Shown here: positions 1 through 9,673 of the stretch, piece after piece | Numbering within the stretch: the stretch's first letter is position 1 | Layout: each line of letters begins with the position of its first letter | From: a virus | Taxonomy: Duplodnaviria > Heunggongvirae > Uroviricota > Caudoviricetes | Reading direction: 5' to 3' (one strand) | DNA: 64,000 bases | Virus record (IMG/VR): IMGVR_UViG_3300025693_000001 | Position numbers and translations under genes: made by a program | The notes under the pieces: model-generated | Database searches by the model: none | What the model was told of the DNA's origin: nothing | What the model saw: only the letters and a program-made list of their open reading frames with translations

Positions 1-42
1 TATAACTATACCTAACAAATTTGGTATAGTCAACAAGTGTAT

Positions 43-345
43 TTATTCACTTCGACTACCGTTACACTTGGGAAACGCTGTACACCCATAAAACATGCCG
101 TACACTCCTTGTCGTTCTACTGTAACCCCACCACATTTTGGGCATTTACCTTCACCGCATGGTCCTCGTTCTGCTGGAGTCCATGGAGTCGATCCGGGAT
201 TACCAATAGTAGCTCCGTATTCATCGATAAGTCCTTCTTCATATTGTGTTGCTTGATCGGCATCTTTGAATCGTTCATAGTGATCCATTTCATCCATACT
301 AGCATCAATCGAAAAATCTGCCATTTCACCCACATTTATCTCCAA
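43..345 (-). CDS. Small Cys-rich protein with a C-terminal topoisomerase-type C4 zinc ribbon
   Basis: C-terminal CPKCGGVTVERQGVYGMFYGCTAFPKCNG matches the zf-C4 topoisomerase-type pattern (CPxCG...GCxxxPxC). Confidence 0.4.
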   Translation of the reverse strand: MEINVGEMADFSIDASMDEMDHYERFKDADQATQYEEGLIDEYGATIGNPGSTPWTPAERGPCGEGKCPKCGGVTVERQGVYGMFYGCTAFPKCNGSRSE

Positions 346-725
346 TCGTTTGGGTTATAGATCTCGGAGTCGCGGGAAAAATCTTCCCACAGTTCTTTTT
401 TGTTTTGTTTTGTTATTACATATACCATAACTCTGCATATGATATACGCAAGAATGATGCCAATAATCCATCCAAAAACAGACATAAACTGAGCTGTACT
501 ATCCATCAGGACGTCCGTTTAGCAACTTCTCGTTTGATCGATTCCTCTTCCTCATCCATATCGGGTTCCCCCTCTGGATTCATAGATTCACCATACCACT
601 CCCAGTTATCAACACCACCCACCTCTAATCGTCTTAGTTGTTCTTGGGCAATTCGCAGTTGGGTGTATTCACTTTTCAATATTGTTACAGTATCTTGGTT
701 AGACATTATTTATCCTGTGTTATTG

Positions 726-816
726 TGGCGAAAGAAGGAGGATTCGAACCCCAAGCCGGTTAAGGCTCCACATGACTTCCAATCATGGTCAATCACCGGA
801 GACTGAATCATCTTTC
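726..816 (-). tRNA. tRNA-Ser (anticodon GGA), class II with long variable arm, CCA encoded
   Basis: Hand fold of the reverse complement gives a 7-bp acceptor stem (one T-T mismatch), D-loop with GG, anticodon stem CATGA/TCATG with loop TTGGAAG, a 17-nt variable arm, T-loop GGTTCGAATCC, and discriminator G followed by CCA. Confidence 0.7.
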
Positions 817-1274
817 AAAAAATTGGTGTACAGGTCAAGGAATTGAACCTTAGTTACTTGTCGACCACCTACCACCAGCATTGGTGGTACCCGTACGTTG
901 TGTGTTAATATAACCCTTCGCTGTATAACACTTTACCGTTACCGGAATTGCGAATCATATCCAACGGTTGTCCGCTAGCGGTGGCTACGGCAAGAGCTTC
1001 AGTTCTATCCATAAACACACCAAACTGATCAACAAATCCCTGATAACCTTTTTCCGGTTTGCATTCGTGTCCACCAGCTTTAACAGCTTTGATTATATCG
1101 TTCATATTCTTATCGTGGTGTCTAGCGCTCATGATGATGAGATCACCATATTTATTTGCGGCACAGACAACTTTTCGTATCGGTTTCATAATATTTATTA
1201 TACATTAGAGTTCATACAACAATCAACGGTTTTGATTGTTGCGATAAATACAGTACTACATTACGGAGCATATT

Positions 1275-1694
1275 ATGAAATTACTAGATTTAATCGAAGC
1301 AGCAAAACCAATAACATATGATAGAACCAAATATTACAAAAAAGGGTTTTGGTTGTATTCAAAAGAGTGGGATGTTGCAAAAATATTTCTTGCTGATGGT
1401 TGGGGAGAAAAAGTAGCCAAAAAGTTCAATGCTAAGTTCCACAAAGATTTTACTGTTGGTGGTGAAACCCCTCTTGTTTCAGGACTGAGTCCCGATATGG
1501 AACAAAAAATAGCACAATACATCAGTACTAGTAAATTTCACACCGCAACTGCATCATATGGTAAAAAAGGAACATCATCTGTTAGAAAACCTGGCATTGC
1601 CACTCGTGCTCAAATCAAATATATAGCTAAAGATACCCTGGATAAATTGTTATATATCCCATCAGAAGGTGTAATATATATCGGTAAATCATAA
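1275..1694 (+). CDS. Hypothetical protein (139 aa), the only plus-strand gene inside the first tRNA array
   Basis: ATG preceded by GGAG 8 nt upstream; a clean ORF lying between two minus-strand tRNAs. Confidence 0.5.
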   Translation: MKLLDLIEAAKPITYDRTKYYKKGFWLYSKEWDVAKIFLADGWGEKVAKKFNAKFHKDFTVGGETPLVSGLSPDMEQKIAQYISTSKFHTATASYGKKGTSSVRKPGIATRAQIKYIAKDTLDKLLYIPSEGVIYIGKS

Positions 1695-1697
1695 AAC

Positions 1698-1790
1698 TGG
1701 AGGAAGGAGGAGGATTCGAACCCCAAACCCGATCAAGGGTTCCACATGATTTCAAGTCATGGTGCGTCACCGGAGAAGCAATCACCTTCC
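1698..1790 (-). tRNA. tRNA-Ser (anticodon TGA), class II, CCA encoded
   Basis: Paralogue of the 726-816 tRNA with the same T-arm (GGAGGATTCGAACCCC). Anticodon stem CATGA/TCATG with loop CTTGAAA gives TGA; long variable arm present. Confidence 0.7.
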
Positions 1791-2175
1791 AATTGTTATT
1801 TCTTATTATCCTCAGGTTTCTTCTTTTTTGCAACCTGATTCAATTGTTCTTTTTGTTTGGTGGAATCCACATTACGTTCCCACTCTGCCAATCTTACTGG
1901 ATCTATCATCCGATAACCACACAAGCATTTGGTCTGATGTCATCATCCGTCCAACCATTTGCGCGTTCTTCGGCGGTTAACGTCATTTTCCCAACTTCAA
2001 TACCATCGTCGGTTTCTTCGTACCCTTCAACATCGATCCAATCCAGGTTAACAAATCGATATCCATTACCTTCATCATCGATTGATGTGATGACCGGAAG
2101 GTCTTGTGGAAGTTCTTGTAATCGTTTAACTACATCTGCTACGGTTGTGTCTGTCATGGTTATCCTTATTTAATT

Positions 2176-2253
2176 TGGTACCCCACCTCGGAGTCGAACC
2201 GAGATACACGAACTTCTAAAGATCGTAGCTTTACCAATTTGCATTAGCGGGGC
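2176..2253 (-). tRNA. tRNA with anticodon TAG (Leu-type anticodon) but a short variable loop, A73, CCA encoded
   Basis: Acceptor GCCCCGC/GTGGGGT pairs fully (with G-U); T-arm CTCGG-TTCGACT-CCGAG; anticodon loop TTTAGAA with one mismatch in the stem. Confidence 0.6.
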
Positions 2254-2726
2254 ATTATGTTACGTTTTTTATTCCCATATGTGTTTGTTTGACTGTGACA
2301 ATTCGGACACAAAAAACGTAAATTGTGTTCACTGTTATTGTTCCAATTCCCATCTCTATGGTCAATATGTAGTGTAATTGGTTTTCCGTTGTATATGGAT
2401 CCAACATGACACCCTTCACACTCTACGAGTCTACCAACTTCTACCAACGCCCGCATTAGTTGGTTGCGGCGAGGTCGATTCATCGATTCTGTATACACCA
2501 ATATATCAGCCGCGGTTTTCTTCGTGGTCTTTGGTATTCCACGCGCCCAAGCTTGTCCAGTAAAATGGGTTCGATCTATACCCAACCTATCGATTTTGTT
2601 GCGTAAACAACATATAGATCCACCAACGATTTTGGTATATCCCAACAATCTCATCGTTTGAGATATACTAACTGATTTGGCTACGGCGGCAGCTAGTTCC
2701 CGATCCGTATATTTATATTTGCTCAT
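2244..2726 (-). CDS. HNH homing endonuclease (paralogue A)
   Basis: C-terminal ...ITLHIDHRDGNWNNNSEHNLRFLCPNCHSQTNTYGNKKR is an HNH/His-Me finger; about 90% nucleotide identity to 3925-4404 over roughly 150 nt. The more likely start is the internal ATG at 2726; the ORF track extends to 2744. Confidence 0.75.
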   Translation of the reverse strand: MSKYKYTDRELAAAVAKSVSISQTMRLLGYTKIVGGSICCLRNKIDRLGIDRTHFTGQAWARGIPKTTKKTAADILVYTESMNRPRRNQLMRALVEVGRLVECEGCHVGSIYNGKPITLHIDHRDGNWNNNSEHNLRFLCPNCHSQTNTYGNKKRNIMPR

Positions 2727-2786
2727 GTGGTATTTATGGTACATGTTATTAGTAACATGACCTCTACCAATTGGGTCACGGGAGCA

Positions 2787-2996
2787 TTATTTATTCTTTT
2801 GGTTCAGATAGTCAGATAGTGATACTAGATCTGTCCGTTCCAATTCTAATGGTTGTATTGTATCATTAATTGCTTGTAACATCAACACTGGATCTTCACA
2901 TACGTGACATAAGTACCGTCCATTGTGAAAAAAAGGATTACCTGCATGGCCACCACCAGCACCACATTCAGGACAAACATATCTAGCCATCGTCAC
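2787..2996 (-). CDS. Small zinc-ribbon protein
   Basis: CPECG...CHVCEDP CxxC...CxxC pair. Confidence 0.4.
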   Translation of the reverse strand: MTMARYVCPECGAGGGHAGNPFFHNGRYLCHVCEDPVLMLQAINDTIQPLELERTDLVSLSDYLNQKNK

Positions 2997-3652
2997 TTAA
3001 TACCCATATATTTAACAGCAAGTTCAATATCTTCTTTATCCACACCATGCTGCTCAATTATGGTGGCCAGATCATCCATGAATGGAGCTAGTGAGTTGAT
3101 TTTATCATCCCAAGCATCATACCGAGATTGCATTTGTGATTCCATATATTCCATATTAGTACGCTATCCATCTGTGTGGTTTTGGTCTAAATCTACCAAA
3201 TGACACACCATGCATCTTGGCAAATCGACTACGTTTAGCTACTCTAGCTGTTGAGAAAATGCTTTGTCTGTTGTATTTAACTCGCAAGCGAGCTTGTACC
3301 CCACCCATCATCCCTAATATGTGTAGTAAGTCGGAATCCACTTCTCTACGAATCTCTTCAGCGAGTGTGGATGCCAACTCATCTTCCAGATTGAGTCCAT
3401 ATTGAACACTTAACATATCGCGATCTTCCACAGTGTACGTTGCTTTTAGCACCCGTAACATTGGTGGATAACCAAATAGCGCTCGAATTGCGTTTATTAA
3501 ACTTTTTAGGGTATTGTTCATTTGGTTTTTTGTAGTTCGCATATGATGTGGTTGCATGTTGTGGTGATGCTAAGCAATATACCTTCCATTTCCACTAACA
3601 GTTTTGATACATCGTTGTTGTTGAATTTCATCCTACCACTCTCATTGTTGTT

Positions 3653-3729
3653 TGGTACCTGACCTCAGAGTCGAACTGAGAATCACCAAATTTTGAATCT
3701 GGTTGCTTTACCAATTAGCATAGTCAGGC
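3653..3729 (-). tRNA. tRNA with anticodon CAA (Leu-type anticodon), class-I shape, A73, CCA encoded
   Basis: Fully paired acceptor (GCCTGAC/GTCAGGT), D-stem TGCT/AGCA with loop AATTGGTAA, anticodon stem CCAGA/TTTGG with loop TTCAAAA, T-loop TTCGACT; paralogue of the 2176-2253 tRNA. Confidence 0.6.
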
Positions 3730-3924
3730 ATTATTATCGCATTAATATTGATAGACATTTTGGTGGGGCTTTGTTGTATCCACCAAAACGATCATACATA
3801 TGTATGATCCTCCACCTACTCATTTTCAATCCTGGCCCATAATATCGCCGTCTACCACGATGGTGCCGGACTTCAATACGGAACAGTTTTATGTTTTTTG
3901 CTTTGTGTTTGTATCTAATCATAA

Positions 3925-4404
3925 TTAGGACTTGGTTCGTTTTTTATTACCATAGTTATCAGTTTGGCTGTGACAATTCGGACACAAAAAGCGTAAATTA
4001 TCAGCAGTGTTATTACGCCAATTACCATCTTTATGATCGATTTGTAATAGTAGTGGTTTGTTGTTGTATGTGTCAAATACTAAACACTCCTCACACTGAA
4101 CCGATCTGCCGACATCTACTAAAGCGCGAAATAGTTGGTATCGCTGTGTTCGTCTGGTTGAGTTGTGGGTATGTATCAGTATATCCGCAGTACATTTCTT
4201 TTTATTGCTAGATGTTCCCTTTGCCCACGATTTGCCCGTGAAGTGTGATCGATCGATACCAAGCCTATCCAGTCGGTTACGAAAACAACAAACAGACCCT
4301 CCTTCTATTTTCTCGTATCCTAGCGCTCGCATCGCACCAGATAAACTATACGATGCTGTCACCGCTTCTGTTATTTCTTCTGTCGTGAATTTGTATTTAG
4401 TCAT
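3925..4404 (-). CDS. HNH homing endonuclease (paralogue B)
   Basis: ...LLQIDHKDGNWRNNTADNLRFLCPNCHSQTDNYGNKKR; collinear with the 2244-2744 protein along its whole length. Confidence 0.75.
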   Translation of the reverse strand: MTKYKFTTEEITEAVTASYSLSGAMRALGYEKIEGGSVCCFRNRLDRLGIDRSHFTGKSWAKGTSSNKKKCTADILIHTHNSTRRTQRYQLFRALVDVGRSVQCEECLVFDTYNNKPLLLQIDHKDGNWRNNTADNLRFLCPNCHSQTDNYGNKKRTKS

Positions 4405-4472
4405 GGTGTATTTATGTCATACCCAATTGTTGAGTATTTACACCTTTACTAGTTTGCCTACAGCGACATTTG

Positions 4473-4544
4473 TGTTCTCGAGGGGAGTCGAACCCCCATT
4501 CACAGATTGAAAGTCTGTTGACCTAACCATTAGTCGACGAGAAC
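4473..4544 (-). tRNA. tRNA-Glu (anticodon TTC), no encoded CCA
   Basis: Acceptor CGAGAAC/GTTCTCG; anticodon stem ACAGA/TCTGT with loop CTTTCAA; T-arm GGGGG-TTCGACT-CCCCT. Confidence 0.65.
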
Positions 4545-4549
4545 ATGTT

Positions 4550-4627
4550 TGGTACTCCCAGTCGGATTCGAACCGACACATAAACTGATTTTAAGTCAGC
4601 CACCTCTACCAATTGGGTTATGGGAGC
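4550..4627 (-). tRNA. tRNA with anticodon TAA (Leu-type anticodon), class-I shape, A73, CCA encoded
   Basis: Acceptor GCTCCCA/TGGGAGT; anticodon stem GCTGA/TCAGT with loop CTTAAAA; T-arm GTCGG-TTCGAAT-CCGAC. Confidence 0.6.
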
Positions 4628-4969
4628 AATGTTTATTTTATACAGTCAACCATTTTTATATTACCACAACGTTTACATTGCAAATTGTATCTGGTACCAA
4701 TTGAGCCAGTATTGTGGTCTGTCAATACCGTTTCTGATATAACTTCCCAAACATGACAATGACCATACCATAAAAATTCAAACAAAGCTATCACATATTT
4801 CGATATCCCGTATACGTGCAATACCCACAATGTATATCCAACATTGGTGGATTTGATGTTTTCATTAATAATGGTGAACTATCAAATAGTTCAGCTCCAC
4901 ATTTAGGACACTCAAACCCATTCAATTTTGGTTGATTGCTTTGGTGTTGTATTCTACCATCGGGAGTGT

Positions 4970-5554
4970 TTAATTTTTTAAGTGTCGTATACTGCTTGCG
5001 TTTTTCCATTTGGTTATATATTCATCAATTGTTGGTTGAACCAACTCACGAAACCTACTGTGGACATAAGCATGATGGGTTGGGCACATTGGTATCAAAT
5101 TACTCGGATCGTTGTTGCTGTGATTACCATCGTTGTGATGTACAGCCACTATGTTGGTTTCCCCACACACCACACAACTTTTGTCGTGATAAGCAAAACA
5201 CAACGTTTGATAACGATTCCCCTGAAAGTTACCATTATTCAATCCAGTGCGGAAGTGTTTATTAGAACAACTACGACTACAAGTACCTTTTGACGTTTTG
5301 TAGTTCTTTACTGGTTTTGAGCATACCACACACCGCATTAAATTTGTTGGATTTAAAAAACACAACCGTTCATGATTCGTTATATTTCCGATTGTAGTGG
5401 CATGGAAACAGTATCGGCAACGATACTTCGTTTGATTCACATCACCCCAACTACCACTCATGTGGCTCACAAACGATCGTAAGTTTTTATAAACGCGAGC
5501 GTTGTGGGGGCTTGTGTATGTGCCATCCTTGTTTTTGTGAATATCATATTTCAT
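4970..5554 (-). CDS. HNH endonuclease
   Basis: ...VAVHHNDGNHSNNDPSNLIPMCPTHHAYVHSRF HNH motif plus several N-terminal CxxC pairs. Confidence 0.7.
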   Translation of the reverse strand: MKYDIHKNKDGTYTSPHNARVYKNLRSFVSHMSGSWGDVNQTKYRCRYCFHATTIGNITNHERLCFLNPTNLMRCVVCSKPVKNYKTSKGTCSRSCSNKHFRTGLNNGNFQGNRYQTLCFAYHDKSCVVCGETNIVAVHHNDGNHSNNDPSNLIPMCPTHHAYVHSRFRELVQPTIDEYITKWKNASSIRHLKN

Positions 5555-5558
5555 TTAG

Positions 5559-5631
5559 TCTCTCTGGCGGGATTTGAACCCACAATAAAACGTCCCAAAC
5601 GTTTCATGTTACCAGATTACATTACAGAGAG
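5559..5631 (-). tRNA. tRNA-Pro (anticodon TGG), no encoded CCA
   Basis: Acceptor CTCTCTG/CAGAGAG; D-stem ATGT/ACAT; anticodon stem AAACG/CGTTT with loop TTTGGGA; T-loop TTCAAAT. Confidence 0.65.
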
Positions 5632-5718
5632 AAAGATGATTGCTAATCAGAAAGAGGCGCGCATTATTGATTAGCATATCAAATTCGACATCACCACGTT
5701 AATGGTGTGCCTTGCCTT

Positions 5719-5787
5719 TTGTGCTAGGAGGAATCGAACCTCCGTCCCTCGCCCAATGCGAGTCCCTTACCATTAGAATATAGCAGA
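5719..5787 (-). tRNA. tRNA-like element (possibly degenerate; Gln-TTG or Pro-TGG anticodon if functional)
   Basis: Perfect T-arm GGAGG-TTCGATT-CCTCC and an acceptor pairing with one mismatch, but only 69 nt and no clean anticodon or D-arm in the hand fold. Confidence 0.35.
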
Positions 5788-5844
5788 CTTTGTTTGATTA
5801 TACACTACAGTTTTGATGTAGTCTACAATCGAATTTAAAAAATT

Positions 5845-5930
5845 TGGTGGATCCGGTAGGAATCGAACCTACAATCTCATAAGAGCACTGGGTTACAGCC
5901 AGCTAAGCACACCACCTGCTCAACGAATCC
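5845..5930 (-). tRNA. tRNA-Tyr (anticodon GTA), class II, CCA encoded
   Basis: Acceptor GGATTCG/CGGATCC; anticodon stem GCTGG/CCAGT with loop CTGTAAC; 14-nt variable arm; T-arm GTAGG-TTCGATT-CCTAC. Confidence 0.7.
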
Positions 5931-5945
5931 ATGGTGTTATTTTTG

Positions 5946-6018
5946 CGGAACAGACGGGAGTTGAACCCGCACTTTCTTCCTTGACAGGGAAGTGCACTAC
6001 CAGTTATGCTACTGCTCC
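5946..6018 (-). tRNA. tRNA-Asp (anticodon GTC), no encoded CCA
   Basis: Acceptor GGAGCAG/CTGTTCC; D-stem GCAT/GTGC; anticodon stem CTTCC/GGAAG with loop CTGTCAA; T-loop TTCAACT. Confidence 0.7.
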
Positions 6019-6026
6019 GGTATTTC

Positions 6027-6215
6027 TTATGCCCAGGCTAATCCGCGTTGAGTTAAATACTTCTCAACTTTGCTATATTCACGAGGACGAAACTTTTCTT
6101 TTTTTACAATTTCAGTATTACTCAACGCTGCAATGTTACGTACTGGATGTTTGTTACCATTTTTATCCAACTTCTTTTTCTTGCCGCTTTGATCTCTTGC
6201 TCCGTACTTTACCAT
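6027..6215 (-). CDS. Small lysine-rich basic protein (62 aa)
   Basis: ATG start and clean ORF immediately downstream of the sigma70-like promoter, leading into the tRNA array. Confidence 0.35.
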   Translation of the reverse strand: MVKYGARDQSGKKKKLDKNGNKHPVRNIAALSNTEIVKKEKFRPREYSKVEKYLTQRGLAWA

Positions 6216-6244
6216 TTGTGTTCCTTAGTTAGTGTTAAGTAGAT

Positions 6245-6274
6245 ATTATATACTGTTGTTTTGTTGTTTGTCAA
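6245..6274 (-). promoter_or_regulatory. Consensus sigma70 (early-type) promoter reading toward the tRNA array
   Basis: On the minus strand: TTGACA, an 18-nt spacer, then TATAAT (forward tgtcaa at 6269-6274, attata at 6245-6250). Confidence 0.5.
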
Positions 6275-6514
6275 CCGTTAATTTTAATTCCGACGGGTTA
6301 GCAGAATATACTGTTTGTTAGTGAAGGTAAGTATAACTTGGAACATTGTCAAAGTCTACCTTCAAATTCTTTTCAGGGGATGTCCTATTGAACATTGCTC
6401 CCGTGTCTGGTAAATGTGATTACTACCTCACATTCAAGTTACATTATAAGCTTCGGGGGAATTTCAACCACATGCGGATCGCTTATAATCCTTTTAAGTC
6501 CTTTGGTATTCAGA

Positions 6515-6553
6515 CTATTTAAACCAAAAAAAGGCCGGTGAATCACTTCTACC
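6515..6553. terminator. Bidirectional rho-independent terminator
   Basis: AAAAAAA-GGCCGGT-(11-nt loop)-ACCGGCC-TTTTGT; a T-run follows the hairpin on both strands. Confidence 0.6.
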
Positions 6554-7544
6554 GGCCTTTTGTATTAAGTTGTTTTAACTTCGATCTACGTTAAACTGAT
6601 TCCGTAGATAACTTACAAAAGGCGGTGGAAGGATAATCTCGTTCCAGCGACCACAAATCTTCTTCACAGAAAGATAGCGTCCCGAATAAAGGGCCCTGTA
6701 TGCTATACTGTGATGATAATAATGTGTTCATTGTCTTTTGTTCGCTTTAAATTGTTATGTGTTAATTGTACTACTATTTACTAGTAAGTCAACTAAACAT
6801 TAAAAAAAGTTGTAACCTGATGGTTCTATTGGATTTTCTTCTTCCATTTTTTAGCCATTGCCTGAATGTTTTAGTGACACTTTGGCTAAAGCTTTGTTTA
6901 TCCGGTCGTTGTATGCCCGTAATTTGTTCAGGTTACCGAGAATTCGAGAGAAGTGTTTTTTTCTGTCATCTCCAGGTTTCAATTTTGATACGAGGCTTAG
7001 TCCTTTTTTGGCTGCTCCGTATCGTTTCTCTGCATCATCCATGATACGTTGAAGGTTTGATAGTAAGCTATCGGGTACGTCTGGTATGCTAACATCCTCG
7101 CACATCATTACGATTTGCTCTGATGATGTTATGATATCATTAAACACCTGTTGTAATTCTTGTTCAATTAATGATGAGTGTAGTTGTTGTAGCATGTGTA
7201 GTCCTTATTGGTGCGCTTGATTGCGTAGCGTATCATTTGTTGTTGCCAGTTTTGATGTTCGCGTTCTGTGTGTAATGACAGAATGCGTGTCCCTTGGTTT
7301 GTTAAACGTTACACCTTTCTGATCTGTAGGATCCCACTTACCATAACATTTATCCCCCTCGGGACTCAATGCCACGATTTGTTCATCATCCGTTTGGTGT
7401 GCTTCTGCGTTTGGATAACCGAATTTAACATCATTTACCCAATTTTCGTATGAATCAAACCACAACGTTTTCTTGGGTCTTGGTTTGGGTGGTTTAGGAG
7501 GCTTCTTTTTTACAGCAGCCTCCATAAGATCACAAACTTTCATG

Positions 7545-8075
7545 TTATATTACTTTGTTGCCGTGACCAACTTGCATCAAGTCAGCAGCAAACTTATCCA
7601 TTTTAGTTGGGCTATCAGCCATGCCTTCCGCTTTAGCAAGGTGCTGTTCTGTTGTACCTTTGAATCTAAACGACTTAATTAAACTAATAAGTGCAGTCTT
7701 TTTAGCGTCACCTGTAGCTGCCCACACTTTTTGTGCTGCTGCATCTAGTTGCTTGAAGTCACCACCTTTTTTTGCTTCCACCAATATGTATTTCGTTGGT
7801 GTGTGATGTTCTATTTCCGCTTCTGTAATACCAGCTAATTCCATTATCCGGTTTTGCGTCAAATGGTGGTCATCCCCAATATCTGGGTTAACACTTTCCG
7901 ATATTGCTGTAGGTGCGTTTACGGCGCTTTGTTCTTCGGTTGCTTCGATTAAATGGCGATCACCTGATTCCGTGATCCCAGCTAACTCTTTTAATCTATC
8001 TTGTTCCATTATTTTACTTCCTGCATATAGCTTTTTAGTGAACGAGTAGTTCCACCATTGGTTAAAAACTTCCAC
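7545..8075 (-). CDS. Hypothetical protein with internal tandem repeat (RLKELAGITES... / RIMELAGITEAE...)
   Basis: ORF with a repeated ELAGITE motif; overlaps the start of the next gene. Confidence 0.35.
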   Translation of the reverse strand: MEVFNQWWNYSFTKKLYAGSKIMEQDRLKELAGITESGDRHLIEATEEQSAVNAPTAISESVNPDIGDDHHLTQNRIMELAGITEAEIEHHTPTKYILVEAKKGGDFKQLDAAAQKVWAATGDAKKTALISLIKSFRFKGTTEQHLAKAEGMADSPTKMDKFAADLMQVGHGNKVI

Positions 8076-9553
8076 ACATCGTTGGGGATTTTGTGTAGCA
8101 TAGGTCCCATTAGTGTTTGTGCAAATATTTGTGCTTCTTTGAAATCGTGTATAGTTCCAGCTTTTAATTTATCATGTAAGTCTTCGAACGCGTTCGCCAA
8201 GTCGTTATAAAAATTGGCAGCATCACGATTAGATGAGTCCAACCGTTTGGCTTCTTTTCGAGCTTGATCGATTTCAGTTTTCAACTGGCTAGTGATCTCT
8301 GCTGGGATTTTCATCTTGTTCGATTGATCGTCTTGCTTTGTATCCAACTGGCTTGGGCTTTCGTCGTTATTTGTTCCACGTTTATCCCATACCTGTTCAT
8401 CGTTGGCACTACCATCTGTAACATTTACCGGCTTATCTTTGTCTTCTTCGTAGTTAGTATATTTGTTGTCAACGTAATAATGCATAGACTCTTTCACGTG
8501 TCCTTTGAAATCGAACGAACCGAATTTATGCGTTTGACCAGCTACACGTAGTTTTTTGGCTAATTCATCATCTTTATCCAACTCAACGTCATAGAAATCA
8601 TCCGATGCGTGGCGTGATGGTTGATCTTTAAAAAAGCTACCATTCGGTTTGGCTTCACTTTTGATGGTACCGTTACCCATCGATGTGCGAACACGATCAC
8701 CGACTTCATATTTACCATTCGATGCACCCTCAGTAACAGCCTCTTCTTTGTTTTCTTTTTTTGGTGTATCTGTGGATGAAGTTGATTGTGCTTTTGAATT
8801 TTTATAATTGGATGACGTCAACACATAATCTTCGATTGGTGACAACGACCCACCAGCACGTGCTTTTTGGTCAGCTTTTTTCAATAGTGCATCTTTTTCT
8901 TTTTGTTCCATGGCATCTAGTTTTTTGGCCATACGAGAGTCATTTGATGTCGTAGCTTCGGAGTTGGATTTAATTGAAATGATTAACCCCTTACCCCCTT
9001 TCATTTGTGCTAGTCTAGCTTTTGCTTTATCTTCTGCCTCTTGACGAGTATCAGCGATAATATCAAAACCATCCGTATCACGATGCTTCACTTTTACTGT
9101 CCAACGAGACTCGCTCAGTTGTTCATTTTCATCCAGACTCATTTCGGAATGGAATGCAGATGACTCTTCTTCCTCAGCCTTTGCTTTTGCGGCTTGTTTC
9201 TCAGCTTTTAGGTGAGTCTGTTGGTCTTTGTCAAACGCATCCAGCAAGTGTATCAGTCCAGTACTACCATTATCACCTTCTAACACATCTTCCAATTCAG
9301 CGATCATGTGTGGAATATCTCCACCAAAATCAGTAGCTGGAATTTTGTCTAATGCTTTGATTGCATTTTGTAGATGTTTGATCGCACTTTTTAATCCAGC
9401 AACTTTACCGGTTAGTGACTTCTGGTCTTTTGCTGTTAAGTCTGATCGACGCAGTGGTGTTTTTCTAGCCTCTGTTACGGCAAGTCGTTCTAAAGAAGGA
9501 TCCATTCTGATACCAGAAAGTAATCTCATTTTGTTAAGTTCATGCATGTGCAT
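8009..9553 (-). CDS. Large (514 aa) low-complexity K/E/D-rich protein
   Basis: Long ORF with a charged low-complexity central region; no recognisable catalytic motif. Confidence 0.45.
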   Translation of the reverse strand: MHMHELNKMRLLSGIRMDPSLERLAVTEARKTPLRRSDLTAKDQKSLTGKVAGLKSAIKHLQNAIKALDKIPATDFGGDIPHMIAELEDVLEGDNGSTGLIHLLDAFDKDQQTHLKAEKQAAKAKAEEEESSAFHSEMSLDENEQLSESRWTVKVKHRDTDGFDIIADTRQEAEDKAKARLAQMKGGKGLIISIKSNSEATTSNDSRMAKKLDAMEQKEKDALLKKADQKARAGGSLSPIEDYVLTSSNYKNSKAQSTSSTDTPKKENKEEAVTEGASNGKYEVGDRVRTSMGNGTIKSEAKPNGSFFKDQPSRHASDDFYDVELDKDDELAKKLRVAGQTHKFGSFDFKGHVKESMHYYVDNKYTNYEEDKDKPVNVTDGSANDEQVWDKRGTNNDESPSQLDTKQDDQSNKMKIPAEITSQLKTEIDQARKEAKRLDSSNRDAANFYNDLANAFEDLHDKLKAGTIHDFKEAQIFAQTLMGPMLHKIPNDVWKFLTNGGTTRSLKSYMQEVK

Positions 9554-9673
9554 TATCTCCGCTTGAATATTTTTATGTATTTATGTCGCTCTTTCGTTAA
9601 GACTGTCTTTCTGGTACTGGGGAACGCAAAAAACCCCGATCCTCGAAGGGACCAGGGTGTTTGCCATGGGTTG

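Noticed and set aside
2710-2717. Exact TATAAATA (as tatttata) inside the HNH gene at 2244-2744
   Set aside because: It lies within the coding sequence (codons for KYKY), downstream of the ATG, and the paralogous gene lacks it. A coincidental AT-rich codon run rather than a late promoter.
5981-6232. 83-aa plus-strand ORF
   Set aside because: It overlaps tRNA-Asp and the small basic-protein gene on the opposite strand; antisense artefact.
6766-7044. 92-aa plus-strand ORF in the 6216-6850 gap region
   Set aside because: Largely antisense to the minus-strand gene 6851-7195 and lacking a Shine-Dalgarno; likely spurious.
9590-9673. Possible terminator hairpin around AAAAAACCCCGATCCTCGAAGGGACCAGGG
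   Set aside because: I could not find convincing stem pairing longer than 3-4 bp; left uncalled.
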